A stretch of 64,000 nucleotides of DNA from Verrucomicrobiota bacterium (GTDB lineage Bacteria; Verrucomicrobiota; Verrucomicrobiia; Opitutales; Opitutaceae): NCBI GenBank assembly GCA_048497945.1, contig JBEHYX010000015.1, positions 4,740-68,739 on the forward strand, written 5' to 3'. Every line of letters starts with the position of its first letter. Within the stretch, counting starts at the first letter, position 1. Shown here piece by piece: positions 55,255 to 64,000 of the stretch. Both the position numbers and the translations under genes were made by a program. Below the pieces are notes generated by a model. That model saw only the letters and a program-made list of their open reading frames with translations, had not been told where the DNA came from and did no database searches.

Positions 55255-57849
55255 TCAGGTTTGGTGGCGCTGCAACACGCGGCGAATCTCTTCCTTCACC
55301 AGGTTCGGGAGATCGAGAGTGTCGAGATCCTTGCTCTTCAGCCACTCGAGAGCCTTGGCCTTGGTCATTTCTGTTTCCATGCCGGCGGCCTCGAAGAGCT
55401 CGATCGCCGCAGTACGGGAGAGGCCAAGCTCCATGAGGGAAAGGCTGGTTCGCACGGACACGCCGAGCTCAAGCCATAGTTCTATGTCCTCGAAATCGGT
55501 GACGTCGGACCGGACGTTGCGGCTGGTGAGGTGCGCGTCCAACACATCCATGTAGGCGCGCAGGTAGCGTGGAATCTGGAAACGGGCGTAGGTTTCTACG
55601 TCAGACATGACAGCGCGGATAATCTTCGGGAGATCGTCGGTGACGTCGCCGGCCTTCTGCTTGGCAATCCTTTCGCGGACCTTGATCAGGTAAGCCAGCG
55701 GTCGACCGCGCATCCAGTCGACGGCGAGGAAGGCTAATTGCCAGAGACGTTTGTCTCCCTGGTCCCCGGGCACAGCCCAGCCGGCGCGGAGCTTTTCATT
55801 GATGAATTTGAAGATATCGAAATAGCGCTTTGCGGCGTCCTGGCTCTCGGGCAGGACGGGAGACAAGGCGTGCAATTCCGCGGGCTTGAGTACGCCGAAG
55901 GTCGCTTGCAGCCCCATCATAGAACGTGGGAGAACCCCCGGATTACGGAAGATGAAATCCTGCGGCAACGTGAACTGCTGGTGTTCGGAAATGAGGACGG
56001 TGCGGAGCTGTTCCTGGCCCGTGGGATCCAGTTTGGAGAAAGCCGGCGACTCGGTCAGTTCGGCGTTTCGCGCGAGAAGGGAGAAGAGATAAGTGGCGGC
56101 GTAATCGTATTCAGGATGCTCCTTGGCAGTTTTGGCGGGGAAACCCTCGGCGACGTAAGTGGCCAGGGCGTGATCGGAGCAGATGGAGGTTTCGGTGGCG
56201 GAACGAATGCGCTGGCGAACGCGGCTGACCGGCGGCTCCCAGTCGTCAGGGTCTATGCAGGCGATCGTGCCTTGGAATTCCGTGCCCCAGCGGCCCGCAC
56301 GGCCGGCGAGGTTCCAGAAGTCGGCATGCGGCAAGGGCGTCCCCTTGCCGCGGCGAGGGGCGCACATGAAGATAACCTTACAGGGCAAATTCACGCCCTC
56401 CATGAGAGTGGAAGTGCAAACGAGGAAGTGAATGATGTTGTCGCGGAAGAGGGATTCGATCTCCACTCGGATGAGGAGCGGCATGTTGCCGTAGTGGAAG
56501 GCGATCCCCCGTTTCAGGGTTTCGACGAGGGCGTACTTCTTGTGGACGGTCTTGCCGATCAGGTTGATCAAGTCGGCAACGCGGGGGTGATCTTCGAGCG
56601 AGGGGTAGTTCTTCTGGGTGTAGGCCTCGGCGAGGTGGATCGCAAATTTCTCAGCATCGGCCTGGGTGTTGGCATAGATGAGATTACCACCATCTTCGCA
56701 GCGCATAGCGAAGGCCACAGCGCTGAGCTGCTTGGCGCCGGTGGTGGGCCGGAATTCCAGCGCGGCTTGGCCAATCGGCAACGTCTTGTCGCCATCGCGG
56801 TAGGTGACGTTCCAGATCTTGGGCTTGCCGGGCTCCTGAGAGATGAAAAGGAGGTTCTGGGAGACAGTAGTCACCTCGCGCTGGACGGGCTTGGTGGTTT
56901 GCATCACCGGCGCACCTTCGAGGAGATATTCAGGGTTTTCGACGAATGGAGAGGCGAAGATAACCTTGAGGTCCCGTCTGCGACGGAGGCTTTCGTGCAG
57001 GACCTGCTCGAGGAGAACGCCGCGATGGCCGTCACTGATCTTCTGGGCTTCGTCCACGACAAGAACGTCGAAGGCAAAGGTGTGGTCACGGCCGAAGAGA
57101 ATCTGCAGCCGCTCCTGGGTCAGGACGAAAATGTTGCCCGGGGCGGTTTCCAGATCGGCGTCGAGCGGGAGCGTGTGAATGCCAACCTCCTTGAGGTGGC
57201 CTTCCTTGATGTCCTGGGCAAAGGCATCGGAAATTTCCTGGATGAGAGCACGCGTCGGCACGGCGAACACGACCGAACCTGTGGGATTGCCTCGAAAATA
57301 ATCGTGGATCCAGCGGCGGAGGAGAAAGGACTTGCCGGCTGAGGTCGGCGCGGAAGCGCTGACGCGTGAATAGTCGCGCATCGCTTCCCAGAAATCCTGC
57401 TGAAACCGGTTTACCCGTAGATGGGTGCCGTCGGCGGTGACGATGATGTCGGTTTCGGCCCGGCGCTGGTAGTCGGCGCGGAGGCCGAACGGCAAGGAAC
57501 TCGTCAGATCGCGGCCGAGAAGATCGCGGTCCATCGCCAAGTCGATCGTCCGGCTGTTGGCCATGGTGTCGAGGACAACCGCGGCCGCGGCGCGTTGCTC
57601 GGGCGTGGAATCTTCGACCTGTAGGCAGGTGTCGGCAATGCGCAAGGCGATGCGTTGCTCGACGGAGCGATCAGAGCGCGCGAGGAGGCTTGCGCAGAGA
57701 AGAAGGTAGTTCCAATTGAGCGGTTCCAGAGGACCCGCGGGGCGCACGAGTCGGGGGAGCTCGCGCCAAAGGGCCGCGCGAATAACCGCGTCCAACTGGC
57801 GTTGGAAGCCGGGAATCGCGATCAGGCGGGCGCGGACATCGGTGGCCAT
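55255..57849 (-). CDS. hamB: Hachiman HamB, Ski2-like SF2 helicase
   Basis: SAPTSAGKS, VPTRAL, DEAQK, CTSTLMEGVNLP and NLAGRAGR motifs; directly downstream of the HamA-like gene. Confidence 0.85.
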   Translation of the reverse strand: MATDVRARLIAIPGFQRQLDAVIRAALWRELPRLVRPAGPLEPLNWNYLLLCASLLARSDRSVEQRIALRIADTCLQVEDSTPEQRAAAAVVLDTMANSRTIDLAMDRDLLGRDLTSSLPFGLRADYQRRAETDIIVTADGTHLRVNRFQQDFWEAMRDYSRVSASAPTSAGKSFLLRRWIHDYFRGNPTGSVVFAVPTRALIQEISDAFAQDIKEGHLKEVGIHTLPLDADLETAPGNIFVLTQERLQILFGRDHTFAFDVLVVDEAQKISDGHRGVLLEQVLHESLRRRRDLKVIFASPFVENPEYLLEGAPVMQTTKPVQREVTTVSQNLLFISQEPGKPKIWNVTYRDGDKTLPIGQAALEFRPTTGAKQLSAVAFAMRCEDGGNLIYANTQADAEKFAIHLAEAYTQKNYPSLEDHPRVADLINLIGKTVHKKYALVETLKRGIAFHYGNMPLLIRVEIESLFRDNIIHFLVCTSTLMEGVNLPCKVIFMCAPRRGKGTPLPHADFWNLAGRAGRWGTEFQGTIACIDPDDWEPPVSRVRQRIRSATETSICSDHALATYVAEGFPAKTAKEHPEYDYAATYLFSLLARNAELTESPAFSKLDPTGQEQLRTVLISEHQQFTLPQDFIFRNPGVLPRSMMGLQATFGVLKPAELHALSPVLPESQDAAKRYFDIFKFINEKLRAGWAVPGDQGDKRLWQLAFLAVDWMRGRPLAYLIKVRERIAKQKAGDVTDDLPKIIRAVMSDVETYARFQIPRYLRAYMDVLDAHLTSRNVRSDVTDFEDIELWLELGVSVRTSLSLMELGLSRTAAIELFEAAGMETEMTKAKALEWLKSKDLDTLDLPNLVKEEIRRVLQRHQT

Positions 57850-57850
57850 G

Positions 57851-58840
57851 TCAGCTGCCGAGAACCTGTTTAAAGCGGTTGCGGATGTCGTCGACCGACG
57901 TGCACGGGATGCAGAGGGTGTCGATGGTGAGGTCGATCAGCTCGTGCTTCTCGAGGGCGGCCTTGATTTTTTCGGCCCAGAGTGCCGTGCGCACGGCCAC
58001 GGCGGTGGCGTCCGGCTTGGTGAATTCCGTGCAGAGCGCCGCGTAATCAGCGTAGTTGAAACCCACGAGTGCCAGGCCACAGAATTCGATCTGGTTGGAA
58101 AGGCTGTTGTCGGGATCGAGGTATTGCATGACGGCCGCCTCGACCACGGGGTCTGTGAGATCCAGGTTATCCCGAAGGAGCTCTAAGTCGCGCTCCTTGG
58201 TCTTTTTGGCATCAGCAGGACTGCGGAGCATTTCCTTCAGGGATTCGCAGCAGTCTTTGATAGCCGCATTGAAATCGGCGTAGAGCTTCGCCTCGCCCCA
58301 GTGCAAGCGAAGATGGCCGGTGGTGGGATGCAACGAGGCATGCACTCCGTCGGCGCCATGGGCATGGACGCTCGGATTCGTCTTGAGCGGCATTTTACAG
58401 AGCACCTGGGGATAGCCGAGCAACCGCTCGGCGAGCAGGAACAGCAGGAGTTCCCCCACCTCCCCTGCCTTGTCCGCCCTGGTGAAGAGGCGGCGAGCCT
58501 TTTCTTGAAGGCCGGAGAAGCCCTCGGCGGAACCCGTCTTTTGCAGCCGCTTCTTCGCGGCCTCGATTTCCGAGCGCGGGCACGCGAAATCGATGAGAAG
58601 TTTCATCAACTTGCCGATCAGCTTATCGATGTCGGGCTTGTTGAGCGTCGCATCGTGCGCGATCCGGTGCCAACGGATCTTCACTTTGGTCCCGGGCAGG
58701 GTCGTCTCGAGGCTGATTGTTTGCAGGTAAGACCCCACCTCGTCGGTCATTTCCGCCCGGCGTACGAGCTCCGCCAAGGCTTCAGGGGTCATGCCGGCGG
58801 GAGCCACAGCCTGCCCGGCGGTGATAGGTGGGGTGTGCAT
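57851..58840 (-). CDS. hamA: Hachiman HamA (DUF1837 nuclease)
   Basis: GEVGELLLF, KMPLKT, HGADGVH and GEAKLY motifs; 1-bp gap to the helicase. Confidence 0.85.
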   Translation of the reverse strand: MHTPPITAGQAVAPAGMTPEALAELVRRAEMTDEVGSYLQTISLETTLPGTKVKIRWHRIAHDATLNKPDIDKLIGKLMKLLIDFACPRSEIEAAKKRLQKTGSAEGFSGLQEKARRLFTRADKAGEVGELLLFLLAERLLGYPQVLCKMPLKTNPSVHAHGADGVHASLHPTTGHLRLHWGEAKLYADFNAAIKDCCESLKEMLRSPADAKKTKERDLELLRDNLDLTDPVVEAAVMQYLDPDNSLSNQIEFCGLALVGFNYADYAALCTEFTKPDATAVAVRTALWAEKIKAALEKHELIDLTIDTLCIPCTSVDDIRNRFKQVLGS

Positions 58841-59021
58841 CGACGTCAATTACCTCGCAGGTTGGCCCTTAACAGTCGACTTTTTAAGAATCTCAGGCCG
58901 GGCCAAAGAATGTGCGAGAAGCGAGCCGCGGTTTATGGCTTGGGCAGCTTTTGAGGAGAACTTATCGCTTGGTGCCCTGACCTTGCGAAAAGCGGGGTGC
59001 AGCGACTAGCCTGGTCACAAC

Positions 59022-60236
59022 ATGAATCTGCCGGATTACATTTTTGCCAAGCCGGACCTGCCCAGTGTGCTGGAAAACCAGCAGAAGAAGATGCGCACCG
59101 AGGTAAGCACATACTCGGTATCGAGCCTCGGACACGACCAGTTCGCGGCGACGGAAACGGGGCTGATCGAAAAGTTCTCGATCACGCCCATCGAGATCGA
59201 TTGGACCCAAGAATCGGTGCGCAAGGAGGAGGTGATGGCGGAGCGGCCGAGCGACTTCGGACGCGGCCGGACTTTCCAGCGGCAGGAAATCGTGCTGAAG
59301 ATCACGGTACCGTATACAGGCGAGAAGCCGCTGTTCGATTTCAGTCCGACGCATTTCATGAGCAACGCGCCACGGGCGTGGGTGCGGGAAACGGAATTGG
59401 AATTTGTATATCAGGCGGCTCCGAGCGACTTGGCGCGGCTGAAGCAGGAGCACGATGAAAACGTCGGCCTGCTCAAGGGATGTGTCACGAAGGTAAACGA
59501 GCTGCTGGCGGTGTACCATGCACAGTTGCCGGCACAGGTGCGGCAGTTGCTCGAGTCACGGCGAGACCACCTGAACATGGTGGATACGCAGTTGGCGGAT
59601 TTGGGATTCAACATCCGGAAGCATCCGGTAGCACCGCCGGTGCCGGCGCCGGTGAAGCGCAAGCAGATCATCCCGCCACTGCCGCCGCGAACGCCACCGT
59701 CTCCCCCGCCCCAGCGAGTGCTGGGCGAAAAGTCTTATGAGGAAATCCTCACATTCCTGTCGGGCATGAGCCTGGCGATCGAACGCAATCCGAGTACGTT
59801 CGCGGGCATCAAGGAGGAGCCGCTGCGCGACTGGTTCTTGGTGGCGCTGAATGGGGCATTTCAGGGTGATGCGACGGGCGAGACGTTCAACCATGAGGGA
59901 AAGACCGATATCTCCATCCGAGTGGACGGAAACGTGATCTTTATCGCGGAATGCAAGTTCTGGGGCGGCGAAGCGGTGCTGCTGGATACGATTGAGCAGC
60001 TGCTGCGTTATCTGACATGGCGGGACACCAAGGCGGGCATCCTGTTGTTTTCGCGGAACGCGGACTTCACCGCGGTGCTGGGGCAGATTAAGAGTGTAGT
60101 GGGCCGTCACCCGAACTTCGTGCGGCACCTACCCTACTCGTCGGAAACCGGTTTCCGCTTCGTGCTCCGCAACAAGACCGATGCCGCGCGGGAACACGTG
60201 GTGACGCTGCTGTCATTCAATGTGCCGAAGGCCTGA
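59022..60236 (+). CDS. Uncharacterised protein with C-terminal PD-(D/E)xK restriction-endonuclease-like domain
   Basis: EEPLRD...GETFNHEGKTDI...IAECKFW...IEQLLRY motifs; helical/coiled region and Pro-rich linker upstream. Confidence 0.7.
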   Translation: MNLPDYIFAKPDLPSVLENQQKKMRTEVSTYSVSSLGHDQFAATETGLIEKFSITPIEIDWTQESVRKEEVMAERPSDFGRGRTFQRQEIVLKITVPYTGEKPLFDFSPTHFMSNAPRAWVRETELEFVYQAAPSDLARLKQEHDENVGLLKGCVTKVNELLAVYHAQLPAQVRQLLESRRDHLNMVDTQLADLGFNIRKHPVAPPVPAPVKRKQIIPPLPPRTPPSPPPQRVLGEKSYEEILTFLSGMSLAIERNPSTFAGIKEEPLRDWFLVALNGAFQGDATGETFNHEGKTDISIRVDGNVIFIAECKFWGGEAVLLDTIEQLLRYLTWRDTKAGILLFSRNADFTAVLGQIKSVVGRHPNFVRHLPYSSETGFRFVLRNKTDAAREHVVTLLSFNVPKA

Positions 60237-60241
60237 ACCGC

Positions 60242-60547
60242 ATGGAAACGGAATTCCGGAGGATTCATTTGTTGCGGGCGGCCCTGCAGGTTAAGGGTGC
60301 CACACAATTCGAGATCGAGGATCTCATCCGGAAGGTCACGGCGATGGGCGGCAGCGGGTTCGACGGGTGGAACCAGCCCCTTGATGACCAAGGTATGAAG
60401 CTACTGACCTGCATCCTGCACGAAAATGGCCAGCCGTATGCCGAGGTGGTTCTCAACGGGTTTCTGGAACTGCTCACTCAGCGTTACGGGATCACCGGTG
60501 AGGAGATCAAGCGTGTGCTCAGGGCGCGGCTTGAAGGGCTCAATTGA
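60242..60547 (+). CDS. Hypothetical protein (101 aa)
   Basis: ATG lies 5 bp after the nuclease stop; predicted helical. Confidence 0.55.
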   Translation: METEFRRIHLLRAALQVKGATQFEIEDLIRKVTAMGGSGFDGWNQPLDDQGMKLLTCILHENGQPYAEVVLNGFLELLTQRYGITGEEIKRVLRARLEGLN

Positions 60548-60597
60548 CGCAGGCGTGGAAATGGTGGCTGTACTACCTCGAAGGGAACTCGCCAAAG

Positions 60598-60629
60598 AAA
60601 AAACGCGCATCTTGCGATGCGCGCCTTTT
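60598..60629. terminator. Likely bidirectional terminator downstream of tRNA-Glu
   Basis: cgcgcatc-ttgc-gatgcgcg hairpin flanked by an A-run and a T-run. Confidence 0.65.
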
Positions 60630-60633
60630 AGAG

Positions 60634-60708
60634 TGGTGCCCCCACGGGGAATCGAACCCCGGTTTGAAGAATGAGAATCTCCTGTCCTAGCCGCTAGACG
60701 ATAGGGGC
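60634..60708 (-). tRNA. tRNA-Glu (anticodon CTC)
   Basis: GCCCCTA...TGGGGGC acceptor stem with encoded ACCA, anticodon loop TTCTCAT, GGTTCGATTCC T-arm; 75 nt. Confidence 0.95.
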
Positions 60709-60767
60709 GGAAAATCGAGTGGTCAGAAAAGCGGGCCCAAGGGCTGGCCGTCAAGCCCGCAGACAAA

Positions 60768-61187
60768 TCAAACGTTGAAGAGCTCCTCGGGCTTGAAGAA
60801 GCGGGCGAGCTCGAGCTTGGCGTTCTCGTCGCTGTCCGAGGCATGGACGACGTTCTTCATCATCTCCGTGCCGAAGTCGCCGCGGATCGTGCCCTTGGCC
60901 GCCTTGCGGGAATCGGTCGGCCCGAGCAGGTCGCGGACCTTCTGGACGATGTTGTCGCCTTCCAGCGCCATCATGATGACCGGGCGCGAGCTCATGAAAG
61001 CCTCGATCTCCGGGTAGAACGGCTTGCTGGCGACGTGGGCGTAGTGCTCACGCAGCTTCTCCGGGGCGAGCTTGCCCATCTTGCAGCCGACGATGGTAAA
61101 ACCGGCGGCCTCAAAGCGGTTAAGCACGTTGCCGACATGGCGCTGGGCCATGCAGTCCGGCTTAAAAATAACGAATGTTCTCTGCAT
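60768..61187 (-). CDS. ndk: Nucleoside diphosphate kinase
   Basis: RTFVIFKPD, GTIRGDFG and NVVHASDS motifs. Confidence 0.96.
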   Translation of the reverse strand: MQRTFVIFKPDCMAQRHVGNVLNRFEAAGFTIVGCKMGKLAPEKLREHYAHVASKPFYPEIEAFMSSRPVIMMALEGDNIVQKVRDLLGPTDSRKAAKGTIRGDFGTEMMKNVVHASDSDENAKLELARFFKPEELFNV

Positions 61188-61262
61188 ATAAGCGGCCCAC
61201 CATACTTTCGCAGGTCGGTTTGGAAAGCCCGGATTTTGGGAATCTATCAACCCGCTGACGCG

Positions 61263-61339
61263 CCCACGAAACACACGAAAAGGCACGAAAGATTCTCTGT
61301 TTCAGCGTCTTATTTCGTGTGATTCGTGTATTTCGTGGG
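61263..61339. repeat. Inverted element with triple CACGAA arms
   Basis: cccacgaaacacacgaaaaggcacgaaa ... tttcgtgtgattcgtgtatttcgtggg. Confidence 0.75.
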
Positions 61340-61354
61340 AACCGGATCGATGGA

Positions 61355-62800
61355 TTATGCCTGGATGGATTTGCTACGCATGCCTTGGAAGGCGGCGAGC
61401 GCGGCGATGCGGGCGGCGGCGTGATCCACGATGGGTTGCGGATAGTCGCGTCCCAGCGCCAGGCCGGCTTCCGCCAGCACATCCATCGATGCCTCCCAAG
61501 GTTCGTGCAGGAATTCCACCGGCAGCTTTTTCAGTTCGGGCACCCACTGGCGGACGTAGTTTCCGTCGGGGTCGAACTTCTTTCCCTGCAGGATCGGGTT
61601 GAAGATCCGGAAATATGGCGCCGCATCCGCGCCGCAGCCGGCGCTCCATTGCCAGCCGAGCGTATTGTTGGCGAGATCCGCATCGACGAGCGTGTCCCAA
61701 AACCACGCGGCGCCCGCCTGCCAGGACAGCCGCAGGTGCTTCACCAGGAACGACGCCACGATCATGCGCACGCGATTGTGCATCCAGCCGGTTGTCCAAA
61801 GCTGGCGCATGCCCGCGTCGACGATCGGGTAGCCGGTCAGGCCGCGCTGCCACGCGCGCAGGTGCTTCGCGTCCTTGCGCCAGGGAAACGCCGCGAACTC
61901 CGTCCGCAACGGCTGGGTCGGCGTCTGCGGAAAATGATACAGCAGGTGATGCGCGAATTCGCGCCAGCCCAGCTCCTTCAGGAAAGTCTGCGCGCCGCGG
62001 CTCGGCGGGAACACGCCGCTGTCTTTCGCCTGCGCGCGCACCGCGGCCCAGACCTGACGCGGGCCGATTTCGCCGAAGTGCAGGTGCGGCGACAGCGCCG
62101 ACGTGTCGTCGAACTCCGGCCGGTCGCGCTTTGCCGTGTAGTCCGCCATCGCGCCGGCGGCGAATTTCTTCAGGCGCTTCTGCGCGCCCGCTTCGCCCGG
62201 CTGCCAGCGTTCCCCGAAACCGCGATCCCACGGAATCTTCGGCAGCAGCCTGAGCGCGTCCAACTCGAGCGATTTCGGCCAGCGCGCCGGTGCCGGGAAT
62301 GCGCCCGCCGGCAGCTTGCCCGGCGCCTCGCTGGCCAACGTCAGGCAATGCGTCCAGTACGGCGTGAACACCTGGAACGGGCCGCCGGTTTTCTTTTGCA
62401 CCGTGTGCGGTTCGAAGAGCAACGCGGCGTTGAAACTCCTCCCCTCGACGCCGAGGCCGGCCTTCAGCTCCCTGTCGCGCGCGATCGCGGCCGGTTCGTA
62501 GCGGCGGTTCCAGTGCACTGCGGTCGCACCCGTGCTCTTGATCAGCTCGCGCAGCACCGCGCCGCTTTCGCCGGCGGCAAGGATCAGCCGCGAGCCGCGC
62601 TCGCGCAGGCTGGCGTCGAGCGCCACGAGCGAGCGGTGCAGCCACCAGCGCGCCGCGCCGCCGGCCGGCCAGTCCCCTTCCCCTTTTTCGTCACGAATGT
62701 AGACCGGGACCGCCGGCGCGCCCGACGCCACCGCCGTCGCGAGCGCGGGATTGTCCTGCAGCCGCAGGTCCTGCCGGAACCAAACGATCGTGGCGGGCAT
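61355..62800 (-). CDS. phrB: Deoxyribodipyrimidine photolyase
   Basis: VWFRQDLRLQDNPAL, TSALSPHLHFGEI, TGYPIVDAGMRQL, WMHNRVRM and FRIFNP motifs. Confidence 0.95.
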   Translation of the reverse strand: MPATIVWFRQDLRLQDNPALATAVASGAPAVPVYIRDEKGEGDWPAGGAARWWLHRSLVALDASLRERGSRLILAAGESGAVLRELIKSTGATAVHWNRRYEPAAIARDRELKAGLGVEGRSFNAALLFEPHTVQKKTGGPFQVFTPYWTHCLTLASEAPGKLPAGAFPAPARWPKSLELDALRLLPKIPWDRGFGERWQPGEAGAQKRLKKFAAGAMADYTAKRDRPEFDDTSALSPHLHFGEIGPRQVWAAVRAQAKDSGVFPPSRGAQTFLKELGWREFAHHLLYHFPQTPTQPLRTEFAAFPWRKDAKHLRAWQRGLTGYPIVDAGMRQLWTTGWMHNRVRMIVASFLVKHLRLSWQAGAAWFWDTLVDADLANNTLGWQWSAGCGADAAPYFRIFNPILQGKKFDPDGNYVRQWVPELKKLPVEFLHEPWEASMDVLAEAGLALGRDYPQPIVDHAAARIAALAAFQGMRSKSIQA

Positions 62801-62807
62801 GGGCGTT

Positions 62808-62870
62808 AGGTGGTCGCCGATTTCCACATCGGCGATCGAGCAGCGCCGGTGCGGAGACCGGCGTCCACCT
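62808..62870. repeat. AAGGTGG-type REP doublet
   Basis: aggtggtcgccgatttccacatcggcga ... cgccggtgcggagaccggcgtccacct. Confidence 0.7.
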
Positions 62871-62941
62871 CAAGGCATTTCAATCCATCCGTTCCCATCC
62901 GTGCAATCCGTGGTTTAAAATACGCCCGAGCGCGGCGCCCG

Positions 62942-64000
62942 TCACAGCGCGTCCGTGTAGAGCTGCTCGTACGCGGTGACCGCCGTTTTCCACGAAAAGT
63001 CCCGTTCCATCGCGCGCTTCTGCACGGCGGTGTAGCCGGCCTTGTCGGCGAAGAGCGCCAGCGCACGCTTCAGGCCGCCGTTGAAGCCTTCCTGGGTCGG
63101 CGGGAACATGATGCCGGTGCCGCCGTCGACGACGGTGTCGACGAGCCCGCCCACCTTGGAAACGAGCGGCACGGTGCCGTAGGCCTGGCTGTACATCTGG
63201 TTCAGGCCGCAGGGCTCGAAGAGCGACGGCATCAGGAAAAAGTCCGAGCCCGCCTCGACCAGGTGGCTCATGGCTTCGTCGAGCCGGATGCTGACCTTGA
63301 TCCTGTCGGGGTGCGCCGCCGCGAGCGCGTTCATCGCCTCCTCGTATTTCTTCTCGCCGCCGCCGAGCACCACCAGGCGGCAGTCCTCCTGGGTGAAGAA
63401 TTTTTCCGCGCCGAGCACGAGGTCGAGGCCCTTGCTCGCCACAAAGCGGCACACCATGCCGAAGACCGGGCCCTTGAACTTCGGGTCCCAGCCGAGTTCC
63501 TGCAGCAGCTTCGCGCGGCACAGCGCCTTGCCGGCCATGTTGCCCGCGCTGTAGCGCGCCGGCAGGCTGCCATCCACCGCGGGGCTCCACACCGCCGTGT
63601 CGATGCCGTTGATCAGGCCGTGCAGGTCGGCGAGGCGCGTGCCGATGACGCCGTCCATGCCGTTGCCGAACTCCGGCGTCTGGATCTCCTTCGCGTAGTG
63701 CGGGCTGACGGTCGTGACGAGGTCGGCAAAGACGATGCCGGCCTTCATCATGCACATCTGGTCGTAGTACTCGAGGCCGTCGATGCTCATGAGCTCGTCC
63801 GGCAGGTTCGTGAGGGCGAAGGATTTTCGCGGGAAGATGCCCTGGTAGGCGATGTTGTGGATCGTGAACACCGTCTTCAGCGCGAGCGTCACGTCGTAGC
63901 GGCGCTCGGCGTCGCGCACGAAGACCGGCAGCAGGCCGGTCTGCCAGTCGTGGCAGTGCACGATGTCGGCTTTGAAATCGGTCAGGCGCAGCAGCTCGGC
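62942..64000 (-). CDS. glgA: Glycogen synthase (5' part outside window)
   Basis: HCHDWQTG, FTIHNIAYQG, TTVSPHYAKEI and MPSLFEPCGLNQMY motifs. Confidence 0.95.
   Translation of the reverse strand, partial: AELLRLTDFKADIVHCHDWQTGLLPVFVRDAERRYDVTLALKTVFTIHNIAYQGIFPRKSFALTNLPDELMSIDGLEYYDQMCMMKAGIVFADLVTTVSPHYAKEIQTPEFGNGMDGVIGTRLADLHGLINGIDTAVWSPAVDGSLPARYSAGNMAGKALCRAKLLQELGWDPKFKGPVFGMVCRFVASKGLDLVLGAEKFFTQEDCRLVVLGGGEKKYEEAMNALAAAHPDRIKVSIRLDEAMSHLVEAGSDFFLMPSLFEPCGLNQMYSQAYGTVPLVSKVGGLVDTVVDGGTGIMFPPTQEGFNGGLKRALALFADKAGYTAVQKRAMERDFSWKTAVTAYEQLYTDAL

Larger units (their letters stand above)
50899..60643. mobile_element. Genomic (defence) island integrated at the tRNA-Glu 3' end; no integrase seen
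   Basis: Direct repeat tggtgccccc at 50899-50908 and 60634-60643 (tRNA 3' end), each flanked by a related GCATC-N4-GATGC hairpin. The sequence is visibly more AT-rich and carries defence cargo. Confidence 0.75.

Noticed and set aside
60562-60570. tggtggctg as a second tRNA 3'-end remnant
   Set aside because: The match is too short and does not correspond to the adjacent tRNA-Glu.

Overview
GC-rich bacterial chromosome segment, most consistent with Verrucomicrobia (Opitutaceae-like). This assignment is inferred from the TonB receptor style, the LacI/GntR regulator types, the multi-domain secreted proteins and the pyrimidine-rich, SD-less start contexts. From left to right: a frameshifted GxxExxY gene and a secreted papain-like peptidase; a putative glycoside hydrolase; an RNA-metabolism cluster (trhO, RhlE-type helicase, S4 protein, CvfB); a transglutaminase-like protease/CHASE3-PAS/REC/hybrid-kinase signalling group; a peptide-utilisation-like locus (serine hydrolase, M14 peptidase, TonB receptor, M29-like enzyme, GntR, DAACS symporter, CapA, MFS); and a ~24 kb uronate/pectin-type utilisation locus (GH2, beta-propeller, LacI, two Gfo/Idh/MocA, TonB receptor, 1814-aa beta-helix protein, GH28-SGNH fusion, Opp-type ABC with an SBP-permease fusion) whose three promoter regions share a CTTAT-N4-ATAAG operator-like motif. 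Next is a ~9.7 kb integrase-less defence island inserted at the 3' end of tRNA-Glu(CTC), followed by ndk, phrB and partial glgA. The island carries Hachiman (hamAB), an uncharacterised PD-(D/E)xK nuclease pair, and a four-gene operon (dual-OB protein, two DUF488 proteins, Ser/Thr kinase ending in an SSB-like DEDVPF tail). That operon is the best candidate for an undescribed system. Intergenic DNA is rich in palindromic repeats of several families, including three ~205-bp nested-hairpin elements at convergent gene ends and REP-like elements that appear to be translated in-frame in protein N-termini. All assignments are by motif recognition only; no searches were run.
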